The notes beneath the pieces were generated by a model. The model did no database searches. It had not been told where the DNA came from and saw only the letters and a program-made list of their open reading frames with translations. Below are positions 7,796 through 17,200 of a DNA stretch of 33,737 nt, piece by piece; position 1 is the stretch's first letter, and every line of letters begins with the position of its first letter. The stretch comes from a virus (Duplodnaviria > Caudoviricetes), in the IMG/VR virus record IMGVR_UViG_3300021495_000004, positions 1-33,737 of that record; one strand, written 5' to 3'. Position numbers and translations under genes: made by a program.

Positions 7796-7824
7796 ATTAT
7801 AAAGCATTTTCTCTCTTTTGTCAA
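7796..7824 (-). promoter_or_regulatory. Consensus sigma70 promoter P2 of accessory operon
   Basis: Perfect TTGACA-17-TATAAT. Confidence 0.88.
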
Positions 7825-7876
7825 GTTTTTTATTCTGATTTTTATTTTCTATTTTAATTATCTTTTTCATGTCTTT

Positions 7877-7905
7877 ATTATACACTTTTTTATAAAATTT
7901 GTCAA
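7877..7905 (-). promoter_or_regulatory. Consensus sigma70 promoter P1 of accessory operon
   Basis: Perfect TTGACA-17-TATAAT, 81 bp upstream of P2, with a shared downstream ACATGAAAAA(A)GATAAT. Confidence 0.88.
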
Positions 7906-8354
7906 GTCTTTTATTAAAATAGTATGATTTTGCTATGTCTACAGTTTCAAGGGATTTAAAATATGCATAAAATTAAATATAAATATGACTGATTAATCAT
8001 CATAAGAAAATGTGATATAGAAATGGAGCTTTACTTAGAGACACAAGAGAAAGCGAAATCAGGGAAATGGTTTTAATTAAGGGTATTTCCTGATAATTAT
8101 AACAATAGAGCAATTTCCTTATGTTTTCAAGCCTTGTAGGTAGGCTTTTTAAAATAGTTCGCAATACGAATACCCCCCTTTTTAGATGGAGTGAGTCAGG
8201 GAAATCTGACTTATATCTGTTCTAATATTTTAAGACTGGAAAAACTGACTTACAAGGTAAAATTTCACTGGGAAAAATTAACTTTTATGCACTATACTGA
8301 ACAATTTTGGCGATTTTTGTGCAGTATAATAGACAAAATTGAACAATTTTGTAG

Positions 8355-8384
8355 AAAATAAAACAGGCGGGAGGTTATCCCGCC
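8355..8384 (-). terminator. Rho-independent terminator (late operon / small RNA)
   Basis: GGCGGGA-TAACC-TCCCGCC followed by TGTTTTATTTT. Confidence 0.8.
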
Positions 8385-8451
8385 GTTAGTTTTGGGGTGT
8401 CTCCCCGTTAGTTTCTATTTACCCGCATGCGGGCGGGTGGCCACCTTGAGT
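8355..8451 (-). ncRNA. Candidate structured small RNA (~97 nt, three hairpins)
   Basis: GC-rich island in AT-rich intergenic DNA, bounded by a promoter and a terminator. AAACTAACGG is repeated before hairpins 2 and 3. Confidence 0.45.
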
Positions 8452-8457
8452 ATCAAT

Positions 8458-8486
8458 ATAATAAATAAAACATTTGGAATGGTCAA
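8458..8486 (-). promoter_or_regulatory. sigma70 promoter candidate for small RNA
   Basis: TTGACC-17-TATTAT immediately after the stop of the spanin-like gene. Confidence 0.55.
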
Positions 8487-8489
8487 GTT

Positions 8490-9092
8490 TTAATGTCTCC
8501 ATAATCTATACCCAATTCCCACCCCCCATCTGTAATATTGCGTAGTTACTTCTATTTTTCCCGTTAAGTAAAAATTACCCCTGCTGATTTTCCCTTCCAG
8601 AAAAATTCTGCTCCACTCTAAAGGATACAAAACAACTCCTGAATTAATCTCAATGTTCACTAATTTTCTCTGTTCACGAATCATGAACGCCCGTGAAGGC
8701 AATAATGATTTAGTCTGTATTATCTCCACAGACCTTGATAAATCGCCGTGAAGAGGGGTCTGGAGAGCAAAAGGTATAAAACCATTAACACCTTTGACAA
8801 AGCCTTTAATATGAAGACTTTTCGGGGTCATTTTAACATAGAGAATTCCTTTTTTAATGCTGTCAGCAGGGATGGGGTGGGAAGTATCAACATAAACCGT
8901 CTCAGGCTTAATTTCTTTATATCTTATCTTCTCGTGCCATTTGATTATTGTATCATGAATGGGAATTTGAACGGTATCGTGAATGATTTGCGTTTTTATT
9001 GCCCCATTTTTGCCCCTTTTTCCCAATCTGTAGCTCATTACTGCAATAGTTATGAGAATTATAAGATAGAATGCAAGTTTAATTTTGTTCAT
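8490..9092 (-). CDS. Spanin-like membrane protein
   Basis: N-terminal TM helix, HDTV/ETVYVDT extended repeats, and a C-terminal amphipathic beta strand GVGIGYRLW; last gene of the lysis region. Confidence 0.5.
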   Translation of the reverse strand: MNKIKLAFYLIILITIAVMSYRLGKRGKNGAIKTQIIHDTVQIPIHDTIIKWHEKIRYKEIKPETVYVDTSHPIPADSIKKGILYVKMTPKSLHIKGFVKGVNGFIPFALQTPLHGDLSRSVEIIQTKSLLPSRAFMIREQRKLVNIEINSGVVLYPLEWSRIFLEGKISRGNFYLTGKIEVTTQYYRWGVGIGYRLWRH

Positions 9093-9277
9093 TTTCTTCT
9101 TTTTCTGTTCTTTTTCTTAAACTTATAGATAAAATTCCCGCACTCACCCCCGTCAAAGGGTCCGTTTATCGTGCATTTGCCTTTTTTATAATCAAAAAAC
9201 ACGCACAAATGACAAAGTGTAGTTCGTTGTAGAGGATGAGGTTCAGGGATTCGTTCTCTCTCAATAAATTTCTCCAT
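9089..9277 (-). CDS. Small Cys-rich protein (62 aa)
   Basis: CHLC...C...C with a basic tail. RBS GGAGG precedes ATG 9277, and the stop overlaps the next ATG. Confidence 0.65.
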   Translation of the reverse strand: MEKFIERERIPEPHPLQRTTLCHLCVFFDYKKGKCTINGPFDGGECGNFIYKFKKKNRKRRK

Positions 9278-10163
9278 CCACAATCCTCCGTAATTCTGCC
9301 TTGAAACTCCCATCTTGATTGTATTTTATTACAGCAAACCCCTGTGTCCAGTTGTTTAGGGGTGCGTAGTCCAGTTCTTTCGCCAGATAACCCACAGCAC
9401 CGCCCCAATAGTTTTTGCCGTCGATCCGTTTGAAAGTCTTGTCTTGGGCCCTATGAAAGTGTCCCACAATAAAATGGTCGTGGATATACTTCCACATCAC
9501 ATTTGTAATGTATTCTGGAGCATACAAGCCCCTGCTCCGTTCGTGTCCGTGCAGGTGCCATAATTTGCCGATTCGGAATGGTTGAGTAATATATTCTATA
9601 TTAAGCCCCTTCAAATTTAACTTTGTTTCCAGCAAGTCATCAACAAGGTCATAGATTTCTCCAGCATTCTTCATAATGTATTTATTAAGCCTCTCCTCGT
9701 GATTGCCTTGATAATAGATTATCCTTACCTTTTTAAATCTGTCTCGCAAATCCTCTAAAAAGTTTTTAGCCTCTTTCATTTCCTGTTTTACGCTCTTTTG
9801 TGTAGGATTTTTAACAAAGACAGAAATTTTATGAAAATCAAGCAAATCGCCCAAGATTGTGATTATATCAGGTTGCAACCTATCTGCATATTCCAATACT
9901 GATTGAACCGCAAGGTCATCCTGAAAGGGTATGTGTAAATCAGCAATGAGCAACTCTGTTTGATGAGGTTCTGTTATATCAAAGCTCACAGGTTGCAGTC
10001 TGATTATATCTCTATTCTCTAAAGCAAACAATAAAAGCTTTGCTGTGTTTTCATTGACTTGTAAAGCGTCAGATAACTTTTTCCTCGATAATTGCTCTCC
10101 CCTTCTAATAAATTCCTGTTCGAGCAGGAGAGCCTTATTCCAAAGGTTTCTGTCAATCTTCAT
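9261..10163 (-). CDS. Calcineurin-like metallophosphoesterase with N-terminal extension
   Basis: DLH, GDLLD, GNHE, HGH and GHFH motifs. Confidence 0.92.
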   Translation of the reverse strand: MKIDRNLWNKALLLEQEFIRRGEQLSRKKLSDALQVNENTAKLLLFALENRDIIRLQPVSFDITEPHQTELLIADLHIPFQDDLAVQSVLEYADRLQPDIITILGDLLDFHKISVFVKNPTQKSVKQEMKEAKNFLEDLRDRFKKVRIIYYQGNHEERLNKYIMKNAGEIYDLVDDLLETKLNLKGLNIEYITQPFRIGKLWHLHGHERSRGLYAPEYITNVMWKYIHDHFIVGHFHRAQDKTFKRIDGKNYWGGAVGYLAKELDYAPLNNWTQGFAVIKYNQDGSFKAELRRIVDGEIY

Positions 10164-10492
10164 TCATCCTCCTTGTTTGTCACCCAATCAGGGATACCAA
10201 AACTTTCCCTGACCAGTTGTCTAAATTTTGGATTAATGAAAGCCTCTGCGGCGATATTGTCTGCGTGTGTTTCGCCTACATCGGGGAAAACCCAATGGAC
10301 TACTTCATGTGCAAGAATGAAATAAAAATCGTCTATGCTCCTGATGTGTCGAGGATTCATCTCTATAGTGAAAATTTCAGGCAGGATATACGCCTCAACG
10401 GGTAATCTCTCATTCGGAACTATATCCCAGGGTTCTTGCAAGAAATCCTTTTCAAAAAGCTCCATAAAAGTTTTTAAATCTGGTGTTCTCAT
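10160..10492 (-). CDS. Small HExxH zinc metallopeptidase-like protein (ImmA/IrrE/zincin-like)
   Basis: FILAHEVVH followed by ETHADNIA. Confidence 0.7.
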   Translation of the reverse strand: MRTPDLKTFMELFEKDFLQEPWDIVPNERLPVEAYILPEIFTIEMNPRHIRSIDDFYFILAHEVVHWVFPDVGETHADNIAAEAFINPKFRQLVRESFGIPDWVTNKEDE

Positions 10493-10728
10493 AGTAATGA
10501 CCTCACCGTTAAACTAATCAAAGCTATTGCAATAGCTGTGATGAACCACCATTGAATTCTTACCTGCGTTTTTAGTCCTGCGAAGTTATCAATCTTCTGA
10601 CTTAACTCCCTGACAGCCTGTTTGATTTCATCAATATCCTGTGAAAGTCCGTTGTTTATTTTTGTATCCAGCTTAATCACTAATTTTTGTAATTCATCTA
10701 TTTTTTCACTATTTGTCTTTCGTGCCAT
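10489..10728 (-). CDS. Coiled-coil protein with C-terminal TM (XhlA/holin-like)
   Basis: Heptad region plus WWFITAIAIALISL, next to the endolysin. Confidence 0.55.
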   Translation of the reverse strand: MARKTNSEKIDELQKLVIKLDTKINNGLSQDIDEIKQAVRELSQKIDNFAGLKTQVRIQWWFITAIAIALISLTVRSLL

Positions 10729-10729
10729 C

Positions 10730-11218
10730 TTACTTCACCTCCTGTAATGCCCTGTAAACTTTGTTTACATAGTCTTGATTGCGATATTTTCCATTTATTA
10801 GACGAGGAGACCCTGCATTGTAAGCTGATATAATCCCGCTCAACCCAAACCGTTTATACCGTTTTTCGAGTGTCAAAAGATGTTTAACTGCGTATTTGAT
10901 ATTTTGATAAGGTTCTAACAATCTTGTCAGCCAACCTTCAAAACCATACTCCCGTGCCACAGCCCCCATAATCTGACACAGGCCCCAAGATGTTTTCTGT
11001 GCGATAATTTCGGTTTCAACAGGACAATCAGGTGGTTTGACCTTGCGAGGATAATAAAGATACTTGTAATTTTTCTCATACCGGATTGCCCAGATGTTCC
11101 AATTGCTCTCCACTTTAGCAATTGCAACAATAAGTTCAGGAGTGATAAGTGTTTGTTTTTCGGTTAGTTCAGCACTTGCAAAGTCATAAATCATTTTGGG
11201 TGTTTTAATTCTTGTCAT
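10730..11218 (-). CDS. Endolysin, lytic transglycosylase (SLT domain)
   Basis: AIAKVES (catalytic Glu), GLCQIM and SAYNAG motifs. Confidence 0.92.
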   Translation of the reverse strand: MTRIKTPKMIYDFASAELTEKQTLITPELIVAIAKVESNWNIWAIRYEKNYKYLYYPRKVKPPDCPVETEIIAQKTSWGLCQIMGAVAREYGFEGWLTRLLEPYQNIKYAVKHLLTLEKRYKRFGLSGIISAYNAGSPRLINGKYRNQDYVNKVYRALQEVK

Positions 11219-11399
11219 TATTCGCCCCCATCTTCACTTTGATTTTTTGATACACATTTACAGCTCCATATACGCCCATTGCCGCAATAAGAATTGAAGC
11301 GAAAACTGTATCTGACATTTTGCCCATCAATAATCCTACAAAACTTAACAATAAACATTCCTGTATGATAATAAATTTACGACTTAAAAACTTTTTCAT
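11205..11399 (-). CDS. Holin (two TM helices)
   Basis: MKKFLSRKF N-terminus and two hydrophobic segments, directly upstream of the endolysin. Confidence 0.75.
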   Translation of the reverse strand: MKKFLSRKFIIIQECLLLSFVGLLMGKMSDTVFASILIAAMGVYGAVNVYQKIKVKMGANNDKN

Positions 11400-11950
11400 T
11401 CCCTCACCTCCGTAACAAAATTAAACCTCAAAGCTTCCTCCCCCGTGAGCCAGCTCTCCCTGACGGAAAGTGAATCTACCACATCAACATCAAGTCCCGT
11501 TCGTTCAGCAATGAACCTATTTATGACATTCTGTATCTTCGCCATATCCTCCGCCTGTTTACGGGAATCGTTTGAGGATAAGAATCCTATTGTGAGTGTT
11601 TTAATATCGTGTATCAAGAACAATGTATATCTTGAAGCTATCCTTTTGTCTCCGCCCAAAAATAAGAGCAATCCCGCACTCGCCACCAAACCGTTGGATT
11701 GAGTTATCAATTCGTATTTTTCCCTAACTGTTAACACAAAATCCATTGCCGAGAAGGGGTCTCCGCCGTAGGTTTCTACCCGTAGCCATACCACCGCAGG
11801 TTGGTATCTGTCCACAATATCAAGATAATACTTTAAATAATCCTCGTTTACTGCGTGCCAGTAATTAATAAACAAAGTATCATTTCTAAATGTATAAGGT
11901 TTTAAACTATCAGAACTGAAAACTAACAGTAACAATAATATCTTTACCAT
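11396..11950 (-). CDS. ClpP-like (S14) serine protease with hydrophobic N-terminus
   Basis: TYGGD, GLVASAG (Ser), FLIHD (His) and ESWLTGEEAL motifs. Confidence 0.88.
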   Translation of the reverse strand: MVKILLLLLVFSSDSLKPYTFRNDTLFINYWHAVNEDYLKYYLDIVDRYQPAVVWLRVETYGGDPFSAMDFVLTVREKYELITQSNGLVASAGLLLFLGGDKRIASRYTLFLIHDIKTLTIGFLSSNDSRKQAEDMAKIQNVINRFIAERTGLDVDVVDSLSVRESWLTGEEALRFNFVTEVRE

Positions 11951-12308
11951 TTTGCCTCACCCTTACTCTTTTTGAGGTTTTGGTATTGATATACCAAGTC
12001 AAAATTCCCCATAAGTTCGCCCCTATATCGCTCCGTGACGCTCCCCTGGGGTCTTCAAAATAAGTTCCATCTACGAGGTTCTCATATAACCAGAACAGGG
12101 TAAAACTAACAATCGCTGACTGTTCTATGTTCAGTTGCGTGTGTTTGTGTATCATATCAGCTGTAATATAGGAAGCTCCGTAATGCCCAAGTGTCCAGAT
12201 GTCTACACATTCCTGTTCAAAAGGCATAGCATTGTAAAGAGGCACGATGTAGCCTGTGTAGAAGAAGAAGGTTAGTAAGTATTTCGCCAACGGTAAACTA
12301 TTAAGCAT
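11910..12308 (-). CDS. Membrane protein, YfiM/DUF2279-like
   Basis: D....HY..SY, YE...D and G.S.SDI.AN.WG pattern within hydrophobic helices. Confidence 0.55.
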   Translation of the reverse strand: MLNSLPLAKYLLTFFFYTGYIVPLYNAMPFEQECVDIWTLGHYGASYITADMIHKHTQLNIEQSAIVSFTLFWLYENLVDGTYFEDPRGASRSDIGANLWGILTWYINTKTSKRVRVRQNGKDIIVTVSFQF

Positions 12309-13183
12309 TACCCGATTCCCGCCTTGTCGAGTTCGGCTTGATTAGAGCTTTGACTGTCAACTGCATATATTTTTATGTCTGTGCTATCAGCTGTTACTTT
12401 TAATCCCGCGCGAGCGTCATAGTGTTCGATTACGCCGATTTTTTCTAAACGGGCGTTGTCAAAGTAGATGGATTGGGAAGATGCATTAGCACCACGACAC
12501 AATTTGATACTAATTTCTGTTGATGCAAACAATGAAAAAATAATAGAGATATATTGCCAATCTGTATTCTCAAAGTTATATGCAATATAATTGCTTTGCC
12601 ATGTTTGCGTATTGGGATTCCAATATAATCCATTATCTACATCCTGAATAACAATGTATCCCTTACCCCCTGTTGTTTTTGCATAGATGCCTAATTGATA
12701 TATTCCCACATCGAGATTAAAATTTTGATGCACATCTACATATGAATTATTACTATCCGCATCTAATCTCACCGCATAATCGCCATCTATTACATCCGTT
12801 GATTCCTGATTTATCGTAGAGCTACCGCTTGTATATTTCACCCAGTGCGTCAAATTGTGTTCATCATCCCATTCTTCAAAAGAGCCATCTGTGAGCAGAT
12901 TATCCCCCGTTACCCTGTGAGCGTTGATATTATCAGAAATTTTCAAGCTGTCCCTTATTCGCTCTGACTTGATTTTGCCATAAAGTTGACTGGTATCGAG
13001 AACATCAAAATTCGTTCGGATTAGAGAGATAATCGCTTTATTCTTGCTGACCGTGAATTCCAGATTATCGCCGTTCACGGTAGGGGTTATTTGTTCAAAT
13101 GTGCGTCCGTTGAAGAAATACCAATTGTCAGTTACAGAACCAGGAACAATCATCTTTGAATTCTCGTTAAGTCGCCATTTCAT
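12308..13183 (-). CDS. Virion/tail-associated protein with carbohydrate-binding-module-like domain
   Basis: NLLTDGSFE...IYFDNARLE beta-sandwich signature; end of the tail module. Confidence 0.7.
   Translation of the reverse strand: MKWRLNENSKMIVPGSVTDNWYFFNGRTFEQITPTVNGDNLEFTVSKNKAIISLIRTNFDVLDTSQLYGKIKSERIRDSLKISDNINAHRVTGDNLLTDGSFEEWDDEHNLTHWVKYTSGSSTINQESTDVIDGDYAVRLDADSNNSYVDVHQNFNLDVGIYQLGIYAKTTGGKGYIVIQDVDNGLYWNPNTQTWQSNYIAYNFENTDWQYISIIFSLFASTEISIKLCRGANASSQSIYFDNARLEKIGVIEHYDARAGLKVTADSTDIKIYAVDSQSSNQAELDKAGIG
12437..12901 (-). repeat. Duplicated CBM-like domain, copy A
   Basis: Protein and nucleotide similarity to 17704-18174 (TDGSFExWDDEHNLTHW, DGxYAVRLD, SQSIYFDNA). Confidence 0.9.
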
Positions 13184-13184
13184 T

Positions 13185-13556
13185 TTAGCTCCTCGTTGTT
13201 ATCCAGAGTTCAACATCGTAATCGGGAGCAGTTCCAGAGACTTCCGCTCTGACACGGTATTTCGCACCACTCAGCTCAAATGGAGCAGGTAATACCACGC
13301 CGTCTACATTTGTTGCAGTCAGTTCTATTCCCGTGTCCGCCCAATCACTACCGTTTGCACTTTTTTGCAATTTTAAGGTTATGCTTTCATTGTCGTATGT
13401 TTCCCCTTGAAATGTTACTTTTGCCTCTAACTCTGCCACTCCTTTGTAGTCTGTTAAGTCTAAAGTGTCCGTGTTGGTATTAGATGTGATCCCCGTGAGG
13501 GATTCGTGCCAGATTGCCACTCCTATTTTATGCGAAACTAAATCTGTCCATGCCAT
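13185..13556 (-). CDS. Putative virion structural protein
   Basis: Acidic beta-rich 123 aa ORF in the tail module; RBS AGGAGGT. Confidence 0.6.
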   Translation of the reverse strand: MAWTDLVSHKIGVAIWHESLTGITSNTNTDTLDLTDYKGVAELEAKVTFQGETYDNESITLKLQKSANGSDWADTGIELTATNVDGVVLPAPFELSGAKYRVRAEVSGTAPDYDVELWITTRS

Positions 13557-13576
13557 TTCCCCTTACCTCCTTTTAT

Positions 13577-14236
13577 TTATGCATCTCCTGTCCCGCCTGT
13601 ATGGGGCGGGATTTCAAAAACTCGTTTGCTGATAAACCTTACTACTAAAATCTGTCCCTTCCAAACTCCACCGGGATAATCAAAATGAAAATCCGAATCG
13701 GGTATTACCTCGTAGCCGGGCCAATTCCCAGGACGAGGATATAAAATCACCCTTCTGTCCGCCCCCCTCCACAAATATGCCATCCTTATAAAATCCGTTG
13801 CTGAGTAAACATTTATTTCTGTAATGCGTATCGTGCATACTAAACGCTCCCCCAGTTTCCATTCCTTTATCTCTCCGCTCTGTGTTACCATCTGTCCCAA
13901 TATCACTCTTTTCCAAGTTGTGTCAATATTCGTTCCTGTGTCAGCTCCAAAAGTTCGCTCCTGATATACATATTCGTAATCGATTTTGTAAGTTGTATCA
14001 GGTTGCATACCCCCCGTATCCAGAACCGTGATTCTACCTTTCCCGTAATCTATTGTGTAATCCGTATCTCTTTTATAAGTTACTGTCCCGTCGAGGTTTG
14101 TAACTGTTTCCGAGTCTTCCACGATAGAATCGTGAGCCAGTAAAATCATATCGGGTAGACTTGACCCCGTTGTGAATTCCTCATCCCAAATTTGTTCTCG
14201 GAGTTGCATTTTAGGATAAGTATTACCTCCAAACAT
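13577..14236 (-). CDS. Putative tail protein
   Basis: TYKRDTDYTIDYGKGRI motif common in tail proteins; follows the large tail gene. Confidence 0.6.
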   Translation of the reverse strand: MFGGNTYPKMQLREQIWDEEFTTGSSLPDMILLAHDSIVEDSETVTNLDGTVTYKRDTDYTIDYGKGRITVLDTGGMQPDTTYKIDYEYVYQERTFGADTGTNIDTTWKRVILGQMVTQSGEIKEWKLGERLVCTIRITEINVYSATDFIRMAYLWRGADRRVILYPRPGNWPGYEVIPDSDFHFDYPGGVWKGQILVVRFISKRVFEIPPHTGGTGDA

Positions 14237-14247
14237 AGTCTACCTCC

Positions 14248-17200
14248 TCATACTTTCGGTGTTTGTTTTGTCTTGATTGTAATCCATCCGTATGCAGGCA
14301 TATTAATATTCCCCATACACACCTGAATATCTTGATAGTAGTAATTGTCATCTTCATAGTTATAGAGAATCATCATACCCACATTTGAGGCATTGCATGT
14401 AGGACGGTTGCTGGAATCGTATTGTTTTAAGGTAGGGTCATAGTTCTGTATCGTAGTGTCTACATAGTTCTTTGTTGCTGCGTCCTGCGAGCTGGTGGGG
14501 TCGGCAAGATTAATTATCTTTTTGTCATTTATATCAAAGTCTTGATTGACATATAATGCATTGATAGGATATTGCTGAGTTATATAGAAATAAGAAACAT
14601 TAACTTCTAAATCATCTGAATTTGCTTCATTATCAATATCAAAATATAGCCCAACTTTGACATATCTAGTGCTGGAATTAAGAGTAGGGCTTACATTGGT
14701 TGCTTTGACTATGTAAGATGATTGGGCTGTTGCATGAATAAGTTCAATATCCTGTGTAGTAATAAGATTTTTATCTTTGTCATACTCCGCTATTCGCAAA
14801 TATACAAAAATATCAAAATGTGCAGAAAGGGATGTATCTGCTTTGTATGCAAAATACACATATTTATGAAAACTTGCACTATTTGCAGGCAGAAAACCAT
14901 CATTTTGAATATGAGCCGTCCCATTGTCTCCTGCAGCCACATCAATTCGAACAGCATTTTTGCCCATAAAACTATCATCAGACAGTTGCCAACTGCAATT
15001 TGAAGTGCTTATATTCCAGCCATCAGGTACCCCATCGCCGTCCTCATCATCAAATGCAGGATTGTAAATATCAGAAATGCCGATTGTATTTTTGATAGTT
15101 TCTCCCATACTTTTCACTGTCACTCCCCTCTGCACAAGTCCATCTTTGATAACCTCTTCTCCTGCATTGTCTACTACTTCTTTTACTTTGCCGTCTTCTG
15201 TGAGAGTTGTTTGTAATACTCCCCTATAAACAGGCGTAACTCCACTCACCGTAAAGGTTTCCGCTGTCGTATTCCTGCCTAATCTATCAAGCCCATAGAC
15301 AGCTCCGAAAATCTTGTCATCGTATCGCACATTTATAGCAAAAGTAACTTTCTTATGTCCACTTCCGGGATTCGGCACTTGAATATATCTCACATCTTCT
15401 TCGTCAATTCCCACCGTGTCATCGTGCAGTTTCCCAATGCGGGTGATTTTTACCAGCAACTGTTCAACAGGTAAGCCACCTATATCATCAAATGTCACCG
15501 TCACTCTGATGGTGTTTTGTGAGTCAGGCCACAACCGTTTAGTCGTGATGTTCACATTTTGCCATGCAGGAGGTGAGGGTTCAGGAGGGGGTAGGTCAGG
15601 TTCTGTTGCTTCAGTCTCAACTGTTTTAGAATGCACGATAATTGTATATTTATGAGGATATTCATATTGTGTACCTATGACCACACCTGACTGTTCCCTG
15701 CCAAGATGGTCAGTAAAACTGATTACATCCATTTCCTCAATGGAAACAATATTGGGAGTGGTGAGTCTAAATATCCCGTTCGGCTGTCCGTAATTGTCTA
15801 TATACCATTGTGCTACAAAAATAGATTGCCCCAAAATTGCAAAAGGATTATCAAGATTGAGTCTATATCTCAAACTACCGCAATCTCCAAGTTCATAATC
15901 ACCTTCACCGTAATAAGTCTTAATCTTCACACCCTTAATCAGTCTGTCATACTGCATTTCTGGAAGACGGGCATAATCGTCTTGTGTTAGAGACAATACA
16001 GGACTATCGCCTATAATTCTTTTCCTTGCCTTGATAGATGTAACACTGTCATATTCAATCAGATAACCACCATAAAGAACGGCAAGCTCGACAAGTCGCC
16101 GTGTGCCTTGATTGACATTATCTTTGTGAATAATAAACCAGGGCAATCTTTTCGAAGTGGAATAAAAGCCCACGAATGGTCTGACTGCTTCATATTCGTC
16201 AGTTTGATATTGCAATAAGCCTATGCAGTAAGCATAAGTGCCGTAAGCCACAGGGAAAGCCATAATTTTTATATTTTCTTTATCAATCCATTCTATTTCT
16301 GTGTGCGTAACAGTATCAGACACCTTGACAAGCCGTTTGCCACTATAATTTGATAATTGTGTATTGAGAATTAAAACATAGCTTGATATGTCACCAATAG
16401 AATCATCACTCCAGCCCAAAACCGTATCATCGTCAGTTACCCTCACTCCCAAGTCCGTAACCGTGCTGTCGCTTACCTTTAATTTTTTATAGCTATAACC
16501 ATAATCGCCTACGAAATAAAGCTCACTACTTTTGATAAAAGCTCTTGTATTCGTATCTACGCCAAAGCCTGACAGTTCTAAAAAAGTCCAGCTCGTGCCG
16601 TTAAATTGAAATCGTCCAGCCCACCAGGGAGTGCCAAACACATAATAAAAATTCGATTCTCCGTAATCCCGTGAACCCCAGGCATAACTACCCCATACGC
16701 CATTTGAATAATCAACATAAGCAGAGCTGACTTGATTGATAGTCATTGCACCAGGATTTTCCAGGGTGAATAATTTGAAGTAAGTCTTGCCATTGCTTGC
16801 ATTATATACAGAAGTTACGAATATGAATTTCTCAGTAGTTGTATCAAAAGTTATCGTATCAAGCAGGACTTTTGCCCCTATCGATTCACCTGTATTATCT
16901 ACATAAGCATTCTCATTCGCCCAGCCCACACTTGTGTAAGTGTAAGTTGAAGTATCAATATAGCCCATTTCCACTGTCGAATAAGAATCTGCTTTAACAT
17001 ACGCCAGATATAACTTTCCACTCTTATAGCCCAACAGCTTGATTCGTTCAGGTTCTGGTGTGTCTGAAATGCCAACTACCCCTAAAAATGTTACACAAGG
17101 CTTATCTCCTTCAGCTGTCCAGGTCTCGATTTTGTAAAACTCTACAGTTTTCTTGTGAGCAAACGCAACATAATAAGTGCCTGAAGGGTCGTAACCGTAT

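Noticed and set aside
7930-8450. CRISPR array
   Set aside because: The repeats are short and degenerate, with no regular repeat-spacer period.
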